In this document: positions 18,001 through 28,500 of the stretch, one piece after another | Layout: every line of letters starts with the position of its first letter | How positions within the stretch are numbered: position 1 is the first letter of the stretch | Origin: Geobacteraceae bacterium GWC2_53_11 | Lineage (GTDB): Bacteria > Desulfobacterota > Desulfuromonadia > Geobacterales > Pseudopelobacteraceae | Direction of reading: 5' to 3' | NCBI GenBank assembly: GCA_001802645.1 | Contig: MGZJ01000061.1 | Coordinates: 24,522 to 56,521, forward strand | Length of the DNA stretch: 32,000 nucleotides | Made by a program: the position numbers and the translations under genes | Notes under the pieces: model-generated | What the model was told of the DNA's origin: nothing | Database searches by the model: none | What the model saw: only the letters and a program-made list of their open reading frames with translations

Positions 18001-18612
18001 ATGAAGATGGTATCGGATCGCTCCAAAAAAATTATTTTTACGCTGGCATACGTGTCGGCAATCGTTCTGCTTGCATCAACCGGCTTTGCATCTGAAGCGG
18101 GCGGAGGGGCTCACCATCCTGATAGCGGCGCCCAGATGAAGGATTTTGGCTGGCGTGTTCTTAACTTTGCTGTTCTGGCAGGTATTATTGTCTGGGCACT
18201 CAAGAAGGCTGATGTGAGAGGCTCTCTTGCTGCCCGTCAGGCGGATATTGAAAAAAGTCTGAAGGACGCGGAGTCTGCTCGTGATGCCGCCGAAGCAAAG
18301 TTGCGTGAGTACAGTGTGAAGCTGGACCAGGCAGCCAAAGAGATTGATGAGCTTCATGCCGCAATCATTCGTGAAGGTGAGCAGGAAAAGTCGCGTATTA
18401 TTGCCGAGGCGAACAATGCGGCAGAAAAAATAGTAGCCCAGGCTGCGTTGTCAGCCGAGCAGGAGACGGTTAAAGCTCGCAACGAGCTGCGTGCAGAAGC
18501 GGCCCGGCTTGCGGTTGAGCTTGCTGCTGGTAAGTTGACAGGCTCTATTCAGAAGAATGACCACGACCGATTTGTCGGCGAATATCTTGACAAGGTGGTA
18601 CAGATCCAGTGA
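18001..18612 (+). CDS. atpF: F-type ATP synthase Fo subunit b
   Basis: The protein has an N-terminal hydrophobic segment and a second TM helix (VLNFAVLAGIIVWAL), then a charged helical stalk. It lies directly upstream of the delta subunit gene. Confidence 0.85.
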   Translation: MKMVSDRSKKIIFTLAYVSAIVLLASTGFASEAGGGAHHPDSGAQMKDFGWRVLNFAVLAGIIVWALKKADVRGSLAARQADIEKSLKDAESARDAAEAKLREYSVKLDQAAKEIDELHAAIIREGEQEKSRIIAEANNAAEKIVAQAALSAEQETVKARNELRAEAARLAVELAAGKLTGSIQKNDHDRFVGEYLDKVVQIQ

Positions 18613-19151
18613 TCAATAACGCGCTTGCGAAACGATATGCCAAAGCACTCGTGCAGCTTGGCTCCGAGGGTGGTCTGATTGACCGCTTTCGTGATGAGCT
18701 CTCTGTAGTAGATGGTATTTTTACCTCCAATAGCGACTTGCGTGCCGCTTTTGCGAATCCGGCTCTTACTCACGATCAGAAAAAATCCATCATGAAGGAG
18801 CTGATTGCAAAAACAGCCTGTTCCGAACTGGTGGGCAATTTTCTGCTCTTGCTGGTAGACAAGAACCGCGTTGCCTTTCTGGGACAGATTGTTCAGACCT
18901 ATGAAAAGCTGGCTGATGAATTTACCGGTGTAATACGTCCGGTCATAAAAACGGCTTTTGCGCTTGATGAAAGTCAAGTTATTGCTATTCAGAGTGCTTT
19001 AGAGAAAAAAACCGGTATGAAAGTTGTGCCGCAGATGGTCGTAGACGCGTCCCTGATGGGTGGTGTAGTTACCCAGATCGGCGATATTGCTTATGACAAC
19101 AGTGTCAAGACTCAGCTTAAACGTATTAAAGATATATTACAGAAGGGGTAG
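18609..19151 (+). CDS. atpH: F-type ATP synthase subunit delta (OSCP)
   Basis: The 180-aa protein begins with the typical [10 protein letters not shown] and ends with the delta signature [20 protein letters not shown]. Its GTG start overlaps the atpF stop (GTGA). Confidence 0.9.
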   Translation: MINNALAKRYAKALVQLGSEGGLIDRFRDELSVVDGIFTSNSDLRAAFANPALTHDQKKSIMKELIAKTACSELVGNFLLLLVDKNRVAFLGQIVQTYEKLADEFTGVIRPVIKTAFALDESQVIAIQSALEKKTGMKVVPQMVVDASLMGGVVTQIGDIAYDNSVKTQLKRIKDILQKG

Positions 19152-19159
19152 GAGCATCC

Positions 19160-20668
19160 ATGGAAATCAGAGCCGAAGAGATCAGCGAGATTATTAAAAA
19201 ACAGATCAAAGAGTATGGCAAAGAGGTTGAAGTGTCCGAAACCGGCACAATCATCTCCATCGGCGACGGTATTGCCCGTATTCACGGCCTGGCTGGCGCC
19301 ATGGCTGGTGAGTTGCTGGAGTTCCCCGGCGGCGTTTCCGGGATGGTTCTCAACCTGGAAGAAGATAATGTCGGTGCCGCTATTCTCGGTGAATTCTCCG
19401 AGATTAAGGAAGGCGACACCGTTAAGCGTACCGGCCGTATTACCGAGGTTCCGGTTGGCGATGCATTAATCGGCCGTGTTGTTAACGCAATCGGTCAGCC
19501 TATCGACGGCAAAGGTGCCATCAATACCAGCAGCTTCAGCAAGGTTGAGATCAAGGCTCCTGGAATTGTTGACCGTAAATCGGTTCATCAGCCGATGGCT
19601 ACCGGCCTTAAAGCTATCGACTCCATGGTTCCAATCGGCCGTGGTCAGCGCGAGCTCATCATCGGTGACCGTCAGACGGGTAAGACAGCTGTTGCAATTG
19701 ACACCATCATTAACCAGAAGGGTGGCGATGTTGTCTGTATTTATGTCGCTATCGGCCAGAAACGTTCCACTGTTGCTCAGGTTGTTTCCAAGCTGACTGA
19801 GCATGGCGCGATGGATTACACCATAGTTGTTGCTGCGACAGCTTCCGAGTCGGCACCGCTTCAGTTTATTGCTCCTTACACAGGCGTTACCATGGGTGAG
19901 TACTTCCGCGATAACGGCAAGCATGCTCTGATCATCTATGATGACCTTTCCAAACAGGCTGTTGCCTATCGTCAGCTTTCTCTGCTGCTCCGTCGCCCGC
20001 CAGGACGTGAAGCATATCCGGGCGACGTTTTCTATCTCCACAGCCGCCTGCTGGAGCGCGCCTGCAAGCTTTCCGATGCCCGTGGCGCCGGTTCCCTGAC
20101 CGCTCTGCCGATTATCGAAACACAGGCCGGCGACGTTTCCGCATACATTCCGACCAACGTTATTTCGATTACAGACGGCCAGATTTACCTTGAATCCGAC
20201 CTGTTCTTCTCCGGTGTACGTCCGGCGATCAACGTTGGTCTCTCGGTTTCCCGCGTCGGTGGTTCAGCACAGACCAAATCGATGAAACAGGTTGCCGGTA
20301 CATTACGCCTTGACCTGGCACAGTATCGTGAGATGGCAGCATTTGCCCAGTTCGGTTCTGACCTTGACAGAGCTACTCAGATGCAGCTTGAGCGTGGTGT
20401 ACGTCTTGTTGAAATTCTCAAGCAGCCTCAGTATCGTCCGATTCCTAACGAAAAACAGGTTCTGGTTATCTTTGCAGCCAACAACGGCTTTTTGGATGAG
20501 TACCCAGTTTCTGCACTCAGAAAATATGAAGTCGAACTGTACGCATTCTTCGATAATCGTCAGGCTGAACTTCTCGCAGAACTTCGCGATAAAAAAGCCA
20601 TTGATGATGATATGAAGGGCAGAATCATTGCCGCTCTGGGCCAATTGAAGAAAGAATTTACCGCGTAA
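19160..20668 (+). CDS. atpA: F-type ATP synthase subunit alpha
   Basis: The Walker A motif GDRQTGKT is present, and the sequence is alpha-subunit-like throughout ([43 protein letters not shown]). Confidence 0.98.
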   Translation: MEIRAEEISEIIKKQIKEYGKEVEVSETGTIISIGDGIARIHGLAGAMAGELLEFPGGVSGMVLNLEEDNVGAAILGEFSEIKEGDTVKRTGRITEVPVGDALIGRVVNAIGQPIDGKGAINTSSFSKVEIKAPGIVDRKSVHQPMATGLKAIDSMVPIGRGQRELIIGDRQTGKTAVAIDTIINQKGGDVVCIYVAIGQKRSTVAQVVSKLTEHGAMDYTIVVAATASESAPLQFIAPYTGVTMGEYFRDNGKHALIIYDDLSKQAVAYRQLSLLLRRPPGREAYPGDVFYLHSRLLERACKLSDARGAGSLTALPIIETQAGDVSAYIPTNVISITDGQIYLESDLFFSGVRPAINVGLSVSRVGGSAQTKSMKQVAGTLRLDLAQYREMAAFAQFGSDLDRATQMQLERGVRLVEILKQPQYRPIPNEKQVLVIFAANNGFLDEYPVSALRKYEVELYAFFDNRQAELLAELRDKKAIDDDMKGRIIAALGQLKKEFTA

Positions 20669-20686
20669 TCAAGGACGGTTTGAGAT

Positions 20687-21553
20687 ATGGCAAGCCTTAA
20701 AAGCATTAAAAAACGGATTGTTTCCGTAAAAAATACTCGCCAGATCACCAAAGCCATGAAAATGGTTTCGGCTGCGAAACTGCGCCGTGCTCAGGAAAAC
20801 GTTGTTGCGGCCCGCCCGTATGCAAAAAAACTGGGTGAAGTAATGCAGTCACTGGCAACCAATCTTGAAGGTGATCTTCATCCGTTGCTTGAAAAGCGCG
20901 ATGCCAAGAAACTTCTTCTGATTGTGATTACATCAGACCGCGGTTTATGTGGTGGTTTCAACACCAACCTGTGCAAGGCTGGCGACCGCTACATCAAGGA
21001 AAAAATGAATTCATACGAACAGGTCAGTGTCCTGACTGTTGGGCGTAAAGGGTATGAATTCCTCAAAAGCCGTTACACGGTCTATAAAAACTTTGCCAAT
21101 GTGCTGGCCAAGCCAAGCTATCAGACTGCTGCCATGCTGGCACAGGAAGTGATCGACGGTTTTGTGGCCGGTGAGTATGATCAGGTTGAGCTGCTCTATA
21201 ACTCATTCCGTACCGTCATGTCCCAGGATATCACTTTCCAGCAGTTGCTGCCGGTTGAACCTGAAGTAACAGGCGCATCCGATGAGACCCCGGTAGAGTA
21301 TATCTATGAGCCGTCGGTTGGTGAATTGCTGGCGGAAATATTGCCCAAGAACATCGAAGTTCAGATTTTTAAAGCGATGCTGGAAACCGTAGCTGGTGAG
21401 CATGGCGCTCGTATGACTGCAATGGATAGCGCATCGAAAAACGCCAATGAAATGATCGGCAAGCTGACGCTTCAGTACAACCGGGCACGTCAGGCAGCCA
21501 TTACCACCGAGCTGATGGAAATTATTTCCGGCTCCGAATCAATTAAAGGCTAA
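20687..21553 (+). CDS. atpG: F-type ATP synthase subunit gamma
   Basis: The N-terminus [36 protein letters not shown] and the C-terminus [11 protein letters not shown] are gamma-subunit hallmarks. Confidence 0.97.
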   Translation: MASLKSIKKRIVSVKNTRQITKAMKMVSAAKLRRAQENVVAARPYAKKLGEVMQSLATNLEGDLHPLLEKRDAKKLLLIVITSDRGLCGGFNTNLCKAGDRYIKEKMNSYEQVSVLTVGRKGYEFLKSRYTVYKNFANVLAKPSYQTAAMLAQEVIDGFVAGEYDQVELLYNSFRTVMSQDITFQQLLPVEPEVTGASDETPVEYIYEPSVGELLAEILPKNIEVQIFKAMLETVAGEHGARMTAMDSASKNANEMIGKLTLQYNRARQAAITTELMEIISGSESIKG

Positions 21554-21579
21554 TACACTTATTACGCATCACTATATGA

Positions 21580-23025
<1,446 letters not shown>

Positions 23026-23063
23026 TTAACCTTACGGGATAGCTCCCTTTCAAGGAATGATAT

Positions 23064-23480
23064 ATGGCTGAAAAGATGAAGTTGGAAATAGTCACACCCT
23101 ATAAAAAGGTGGTTGACACTGAGATAGAAGAAGTTACCGCTACTGGTAAGCTGGGTGAGTTTGGAGTATTACCGGGACATGCTCCTTTTCTGACATCACT
23201 CAAGATTGGCGAGCTGGTCTTCAAAAATAACGGCGTCACCGAGCATATGTCGCTTAACTGGGGTTATTTTGAAGTTTGCGACGACAAGATCATCGTCTTG
23301 GTGGAAACAGCTGAGACCGCATCCGAGATTGATATTGAACGTGCCAAGGCCGCTCAGGGTCGCGCTGAGGAAGCTCTCAAAAAGCTGACTTCCGAGGACA
23401 AGCAGTTCAAGGTGTACGAAGCAGCTTTAGAGCGTGCCATAATTCGTATGCAGGTTGCGGGTAAGGCTGTTCGTAAGTAG
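23064..23480 (+). CDS. atpC: F-type ATP synthase subunit epsilon
   Basis: The 138-aa protein has an N-terminal beta-sandwich (LEIVTP..GEFGVLPGHAPFLT) and a C-terminal helical hairpin. It is the last gene of the cluster. Confidence 0.95.
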   Translation: MAEKMKLEIVTPYKKVVDTEIEEVTATGKLGEFGVLPGHAPFLTSLKIGELVFKNNGVTEHMSLNWGYFEVCDDKIIVLVETAETASEIDIERAKAAQGRAEEALKKLTSEDKQFKVYEAALERAIIRMQVAGKAVRK

Positions 23481-23509
23481 TCTTTAGTTAGATATTATCT
23501 TTTACCTGT

Positions 23510-23540
23510 AAGAGCGGCAGCGATGCCGCTCTTTTTTATT
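23510..23540 (+). terminator. Rho-independent terminator of the atp operon
   Basis: The perfect 10-bp stem AAGAGCGGCA / TGCCGCTCTT has a GCGA loop and is followed by TTTTTATTT. Confidence 0.9.
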
Positions 23541-23548
23541 TACGGCCT

Positions 23549-24466
23549 ATGTTACTAAAACGCTACAACACATTCTCCGCTGAACTGAAACGGCTCTTCG
23601 GCTGCAAAGTGCAGCGCATCTCGGTCGATGCCGGCTTTACCTGCCCCAACCGGGATGGCTCTCTCGATACAGAGGGGTGCGTTTTCTGCGGGGGGCACGG
23701 CTCGGGCTCATTCGGCATCCGTCGGGACTATTCCGTGGCCGGGCAACTGGAAGATGGCAAGGAGGTCATGCGCCGCAAGTACCGGGCGGCAAAATTCATC
23801 GCCTATTTCCAGGCCTATTCCAATACCTATGCCCCGCTTGAACATCTGCAGGGACTGTTTTCCGAAGCGCTGGCCGTTCCCGATGTGGTTGGTCTGATTG
23901 TTGCCACCCGGCCGGATTGCCTGCCGGATGACGTGCTTGATTATCTTAAGGAACTGAGTCGGGAAACGTACCTCTGGCTGGAACTTGGCCTCCAGTCGAT
24001 GCATGACATGAGCCTGGCAGTTATTAACCGGCGCCATGACCATGCCTGTTCCGTGGCTGCCGTTGAGCGGGCCAGGCAGAGAGGACTACGCGTGTGTGCC
24101 CATGTTATTCTCGGGATTCCGGGGGAGACGCGCGAGGAAATGCTGGCCACTGCGGGTGAGCTGAACCGGCTTGGCGTGGATGGCGTCAAGCTGCACCTGC
24201 TGCATGTGATGAAGGGAACGCGGCTGGCTGAAATGTACGATCGCGGAGAGATCACAGTCCTGGGTCGGGACGGTTACGCCGGGCTGGTGTGCGACTTTCT
24301 GGAACTGCTCGACCCGCGCATCCTGATTCACCGGCTGACCGGCGACGGGGGGCATGACAACCTGATAGCGCCGCTCTGGTCGCTGAAAAAGTTCGAAGTT
24401 CTCAACCTGATCGATGCGGAACTGGCACGGCGGGGAACACGGCAGGGAGCTAGATATAACCCATGA
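23549..24466 (+). CDS. Radical SAM protein, TIGR01212/YhcC-like family
   Basis: The N-terminal pattern (KVQRISVDAGFTCPNRDGSLDTEGCVFCG) matches the YhcC-type unusual cluster-binding region. The protein is ~305 aa with a TIM-barrel-like remainder. Confidence 0.82.
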   Translation: MLLKRYNTFSAELKRLFGCKVQRISVDAGFTCPNRDGSLDTEGCVFCGGHGSGSFGIRRDYSVAGQLEDGKEVMRRKYRAAKFIAYFQAYSNTYAPLEHLQGLFSEALAVPDVVGLIVATRPDCLPDDVLDYLKELSRETYLWLELGLQSMHDMSLAVINRRHDHACSVAAVERARQRGLRVCAHVILGIPGETREEMLATAGELNRLGVDGVKLHLLHVMKGTRLAEMYDRGEITVLGRDGYAGLVCDFLELLDPRILIHRLTGDGGHDNLIAPLWSLKKFEVLNLIDAELARRGTRQGARYNP

Positions 24467-24471
24467 AGATC

Positions 24472-24501
24472 AGCGCCAGGAATGCATGATCTCCTGGCGC
24501 T
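24472..24501. terminator. Hairpin between convergent genes (radical SAM gene and kup-1), a possible bidirectional terminator
   Basis: AGCGCCAGGA (24472..24481) pairs perfectly with TCCTGGCGCT (24492..24501) around a 10-nt loop. No clear U-tract is present on either strand. Confidence 0.5.
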
Positions 24502-24518
24502 ACCAGCATAGAATCCAG

Positions 24519-26336
24519 TTACATCTCCACTCTGGTAACAACTCCCTGTAGCTTGGCAGCAGGGAGTTTGTTGAATTGTACGAAGTTTGGCGTCAGTTTT
24601 TTGATCAGGGCAAAGACCTTCCAGATCGGGTTCCTGGTCTCAATATCCTCGATGCCGTAAAAGATTACCTTTTCCTTGATGCCGTTGTCGGTAAGCAGTT
24701 TTTCGATATCCAGCACTTCCATGTAGCCGGCATTCACCTCGAAGAATTCGAGGCCGGTGCCCACATCCTTCTTGTGATGGCAGGAGACTTCAAAGGGATC
24801 GTCGGTGCGGACGATGGAGATGAAGATGTTGCGTTCGTAAATGATGTTGGAGCGAATCACGCAATGAACGATATAGGGGGGGATCACGTCCAGCCCCTTG
24901 AGGAAGAAGAGCGCCGTGCCGGCAATATGCCCCTTGGCGTAGATCTGCTCGTAGGAGAGCATGAATATTTCAAGCTCCAGCGGCCGCAACGCCTTGTAGA
25001 GGGAGCGCTGGCCGTTGGTCCAGATCAGGATGGTGGCAAAGGGCAGCGACGCCAGGATGAGCGACCAGTAGGCGCCGTGCGGGAACTTGGAGAACGTGGA
25101 GGTGAAGTACACAACGTCTATCATGGCGATTATCACGACAATCGGCACTTTCCATTTTTTCGTCGTTCGTGAAAAGACCATGATCATCATGAGCGCCGTT
25201 ATGGTCATGGAGCCGGTGACTGCCATGCCGTAAGCCGCAGCCAGGTTGCCGGACTTCTGGAAGAAGAACATGACGAAAATAACCGCCACCATCAGGGTCC
25301 AGTTGACCGCGCCGATGTAAATCTGGGACTGGATATGGCTGGAGGTGTAGTCGACCTTGAACAGCGGCATCAGGCGGGTGGTGATCCCCTGGTAGACGAT
25401 GGAGAATACGCCGCTGATGATAGATTGGGACGCTATGATGGTGGCCATGATCGTCAACAGCAAAAACGGGATATAGAGGAGTGCCGACTGGCTCTGAATC
25501 ATGGCAAAGAGGATGTTCTTTGCCTCGGGGTTGCGCAGGATAAACGCTCCCTGGCCGAGGTAGTTAAGGTACAGCGCCGCAAAGACGAAGTACCAAGCCC
25601 GGATGATCGGCTTCTTGCCGAGATGTCCCATGTCGGCATAGAGGGCTTCGCCGCCGGTGGAACAGAGGATAACCTCGGAAAGGACGATGTAGCCGGCAAA
25701 ACCGTTCTGGCGGAAAAACTCGAAGGCATGCCACGGGTTAATGGCCGAGATTATCTCAGGAGTGCCGGAGATGGAAGCGACCCCTGATACGAGCAGCGAG
25801 CCGAAATAGACGATCATGATCGGCCCGAAGATGCGGGCAACCTTGTCGGTACCGCGTGACTGGAAGAAAAAGAGGGTAAAGGCAATCAGGGCGGCAATGA
25901 AAACCAGCACCGACTGTTTGGTTGCGGCTAGCGAGGGGATGAGAAGGAGGCCTTCAACCGCAGAGAGGATCGAGATGGCTGGGGTGATAACGCCGTCGCC
26001 GAGCAGCAGGGAAACGCCGAGAAACGAGAGAAATCCCGCAAAGGCAAGCACGCGCCCCTTTTTGAAGAGTTTAATGATGATTTCCCGGAGGACGATCTCA
26101 CCCCCTTGCCCTTTTTTGCCAAGACTCATGGCTAGCCAGGCGTATTCCGCCGTCACCAGGATGGTCATGGTCCAGAAAATCAGGGAAAGGATGCCGTAAA
26201 CGTTGGCAACGGTCGGTTTTGTCATGGCAAAGACTACAGTCAGGGTATAGATGGGGCTCGTGCCGATATCGCCGAACACCAGGCCAAGGGCCTTGACGAT
26301 GCCGCCCCAGAAGGAGTCTTCGTGTTTTTGGGTCAT
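24519..26336 (-). CDS. kup: KUP/HAK/KT-family potassium uptake protein, downstream copy
   Basis: The conserved N-terminus LGLVFGDIGTSPIYT is present, with ~12 hydrophobic segments and a cytoplasmic C-terminal domain. The ATG at 26336 (MTQKHED..) aligns with the paralog's start. The track's extension to 26447 overlaps the upstream gene's stop. Confidence 0.93.
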   Translation of the reverse strand: MTQKHEDSFWGGIVKALGLVFGDIGTSPIYTLTVVFAMTKPTVANVYGILSLIFWTMTILVTAEYAWLAMSLGKKGQGGEIVLREIIIKLFKKGRVLAFAGFLSFLGVSLLLGDGVITPAISILSAVEGLLLIPSLAATKQSVLVFIAALIAFTLFFFQSRGTDKVARIFGPIMIVYFGSLLVSGVASISGTPEIISAINPWHAFEFFRQNGFAGYIVLSEVILCSTGGEALYADMGHLGKKPIIRAWYFVFAALYLNYLGQGAFILRNPEAKNILFAMIQSQSALLYIPFLLLTIMATIIASQSIISGVFSIVYQGITTRLMPLFKVDYTSSHIQSQIYIGAVNWTLMVAVIFVMFFFQKSGNLAAAYGMAVTGSMTITALMMIMVFSRTTKKWKVPIVVIIAMIDVVYFTSTFSKFPHGAYWSLILASLPFATILIWTNGQRSLYKALRPLELEIFMLSYEQIYAKGHIAGTALFFLKGLDVIPPYIVHCVIRSNIIYERNIFISIVRTDDPFEVSCHHKKDVGTGLEFFEVNAGYMEVLDIEKLLTDNGIKEKVIFYGIEDIETRNPIWKVFALIKKLTPNFVQFNKLPAAKLQGVVTRVEM

Positions 26337-26349
26337 GCTTTCCGCCTTT

Positions 26350-26377
26350 AAAAAGTAAAGGCGGCATTTCTGCCGCC
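26350..26377 (-). terminator. Terminator-like hairpin between the two kup genes
   Basis: The minus strand reads GGCGGCA-GAAA-TGCCGCC followed by TTTACTTTTT. Confidence 0.5.
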
Positions 26378-26421
26378 CCCGCTTATACACCATTTCGGAA
26401 GTCATTGTCACCAGAAGAGTA

Positions 26422-28242
26422 CTACATCTCGACCCTCGTGACCACACCCTGTAGCTTTGCAGCAGGCAGTTTGTTGAACTGTACGAAGTTCGGCGTCTGG
26501 CGCTTGATGGTGGAGAACAGTTTCCAGAAAATGTTGTTGGTCTCGATATCCTCGATGCCGTAGAAAATTACCTTTTCCGTAATGCCGTTATTTTTAAGGA
26601 CACTTTCAATATCCAGTATCTCCATGTAACCGGCGCGTACCTCAATGGCGTCAAGACCTGCTGCCATACCGGTTGTAAGTTTGGTTTCCAGTCCGTAAGG
26701 TTCGTCGGTGCGGACGATGGAAATCAGCACGTTGCGCTCGTAAATAATGTTTGAGCGGATAATGCAATGAACCAGATAGGGCGGGATGACGCTCCACTCT
26801 TTGACAAAGAAAAGGCAAGTCCCCGGGATATTTCTGTCCTTGGCGTAGATCTGGCCGTAGGCAAGTTCGAATGTTTCGAAATCTAGTGGTTTAAGTGCCT
26901 GATAAAGTGCCCGCTGCCCTTTGGTCCAGACCATGATAGTAACAAAAGGAACCGATGCAAGAATAATCGACCAATATCCACCGTGAGGGAATTTGTTGAG
27001 GTTGGCGATCAAAAACACCAGGTCGGCCAGAGTGACCAGCAGGGCAACCGGTACCTTCCATTTTTTTGTCGTATGGGCAAATATCATGGTCATCATGATA
27101 CCGGTAATGGTCATGGTGCCGGTTACGGCAAGACCGTAAGCCGCCGCCAGATTCTCCGATTTGCGGAAGACGATCATGATCATGATGACCGCTGCCAGCA
27201 ATGCCCAGTTTATGGAGCTTATGTATATTTGCGATTTCAGGTGCGTTGAGGTGTAGTCAACTCTGAGAAGCGGCAGAATTCGAGTGGTGATCCCCTGGTA
27301 GACGATTGAAAAGACACCGCTGATCAAGGCTTGTGACGCAATTACCGTGGCAATTATGGTCAGGATCAGGAAGGGGATGTAGAGAATGGCCGCTTCGTGG
27401 CGAACCATGCCGAACAGGATGTTCTTTGCGTCCGGGTGGGTGATGATGTACGCGCCCTGACCCAAATAGTTGATTACCAGCGCTACGAATACGAAATACC
27501 AGGCACGGACGATCGGCCTGCGGCCCAGATGACCCATGTCGGCATAGAGTGCCTCGCCGCCGGTCGCACAGAGGATCACCTCGGAGAGAACAAAGAAACC
27601 TGCCAGGCCGTTATCATACAGGAATCTGGCGGCGTACCAGGGGCTCAGCGCCTTGAGGACAACGGGGTGGTCGATGATCGAGAATGCTCCGGACAGCGTC
27701 AGGGCGATGAACCAAACGACCATCAGCGGGCCGAAGGCGCGCGCCACCTTATCGGTTCCCTTGCTCTGAAATATGAAGAGTCCGACCGCAATTATGGCGG
27801 CAATGAGGATCAGAATGTTTTCAGAGGTATGTTCCAGGCCGGGTATCAATTCAATACCCTCTACCGCCGAGAGGATCGAAATGGCTGGGGTGATGACGCC
27901 GTCGCCGATCAGCAGGCAGATGCCGACGTAGGAAAGAAAGGTAACGAAGGCAAAAGTTCTTCCCGGTTTGATCATTCTGACGAGAATTTCGCGCAGAACG
28001 ATGGTGCCGCCTTCGCCTTTACGCCCCAGACTCATGGCCAGCCAGGCGTATTCGACCATTACCAGGGTGATCAGGGTCCAGACAATCAGGGAGATGATGC
28101 CGTAGATGCTTTCCTGGGAAGGTTTGGTGAGGGTGACGATGACGGTGAGGGTGTAGATTGGGCTGGTGCCGATATCCCCGAATACCAGTCCCAGGGCCTT
28201 GATGATGCCGCCCCAATAGGAACCTGCTTCATGTTGCTTCAT
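26422..28242 (-). CDS. kup: KUP/HAK/KT-family potassium uptake protein, upstream copy controlled by the riboswitch
   Basis: It shares family motifs with the downstream copy (LGLVFGDIGTSPIYT, GGEALYADMGHLG). The ATG at 28242 is preceded by an AGGAGG RBS at 28248..28253 (minus strand). Confidence 0.93.
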   Translation of the reverse strand: MKQHEAGSYWGGIIKALGLVFGDIGTSPIYTLTVIVTLTKPSQESIYGIISLIVWTLITLVMVEYAWLAMSLGRKGEGGTIVLREILVRMIKPGRTFAFVTFLSYVGICLLIGDGVITPAISILSAVEGIELIPGLEHTSENILILIAAIIAVGLFIFQSKGTDKVARAFGPLMVVWFIALTLSGAFSIIDHPVVLKALSPWYAARFLYDNGLAGFFVLSEVILCATGGEALYADMGHLGRRPIVRAWYFVFVALVINYLGQGAYIITHPDAKNILFGMVRHEAAILYIPFLILTIIATVIASQALISGVFSIVYQGITTRILPLLRVDYTSTHLKSQIYISSINWALLAAVIMIMIVFRKSENLAAAYGLAVTGTMTITGIMMTMIFAHTTKKWKVPVALLVTLADLVFLIANLNKFPHGGYWSIILASVPFVTIMVWTKGQRALYQALKPLDFETFELAYGQIYAKDRNIPGTCLFFVKEWSVIPPYLVHCIIRSNIIYERNVLISIVRTDEPYGLETKLTTGMAAGLDAIEVRAGYMEILDIESVLKNNGITEKVIFYGIEDIETNNIFWKLFSTIKRQTPNFVQFNKLPAAKLQGVVTRVEM

Positions 28243-28280
28243 TGATGCCTCCTGCAAAAGTGCTTGTAGGGGCTGACAAC

Positions 28281-28316
28281 CGGAAAAAGGAAAAACCGCC
28301 GGCATGAACCGGCGGT
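28281..28316 (-). terminator. Intrinsic terminator forming the expression platform of the c-di-AMP riboswitch
   Basis: The minus strand reads ACCGCCGG-TTCATG-CCGGCGGT followed by TTTTTCCTTTTTCC. It lies ~40 nt upstream of the kup RBS. Confidence 0.85.
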
Positions 28317-28330
28317 CTGAATCCGCTGTT

Positions 28331-28466
28331 GTGCCCTTCCAGGTGCCTACGAGGTTAGCTGACGGGCTCGGGATTGGAAGTTCCCTATCCGGTGGTTATC
28401 CGGAATGCGCCCCAGTTGATCGGGTCCCCCGTATCCGTCCTTTGCGGACGAATCTCGGCTGCTTGT
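28331..28466 (-). promoter_or_regulatory. c-di-AMP riboswitch aptamer (ydaO/yuaA, kimA class)
   Basis: The minus strand contains the conserved ydaO cores ACGGGGGACCCGA (28420..28432), CUGGGGCGCAUUCC, and CCCGAGCCCGUCAGCUAACCUCGUAGGC (28345..28372). These nearly match the B. subtilis ydaO leader as I recall it (GCGGGGGACCCA, UGGGGUGAAUCC, CCCGAACCCGUCAGCUAACCUCGUAAGC). A candidate pseudoknot pairs CUUCC (28376..28380) with GGAAG (28336..28340). Confidence 0.85.
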
Positions 28467-28472
28467 GCGGTT

Positions 28473-28500
28473 GTTATACTCCTCCTGATTTCGCTGTCAA
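28473..28500 (-). promoter_or_regulatory. Candidate sigma70 promoter driving the riboswitch and kup: -35 TTGACA (28495..28500), 16-nt spacer, -10 TATAAC (28473..28478)
   Basis: The hexamers were read on the minus strand. The position is appropriate, just 5' of the aptamer. Confidence 0.6.

Noticed and set aside
26337-26447. N-terminal extensions of both kup ORFs (26337..26447 and 28243..28305).
   Set aside because: The extensions overlap the upstream gene's stop codon or the riboswitch terminator, and they are not conserved between the two paralogs. Both paralogs align from M(T/K)QHE.., and kup-2 has an AGGAGG RBS at that start.
27397-28245. A 282-aa plus-strand ORF, with similar ORFs at 24576..25172, 25335..25787 and 25816..26199, inside the kup genes.
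   Set aside because: These are antisense shadow ORFs with Asp/Gly/Arg-rich compositions mirroring the hydrophobic codons of the transporters. The minus-strand products have unmistakable KUP-family motifs.
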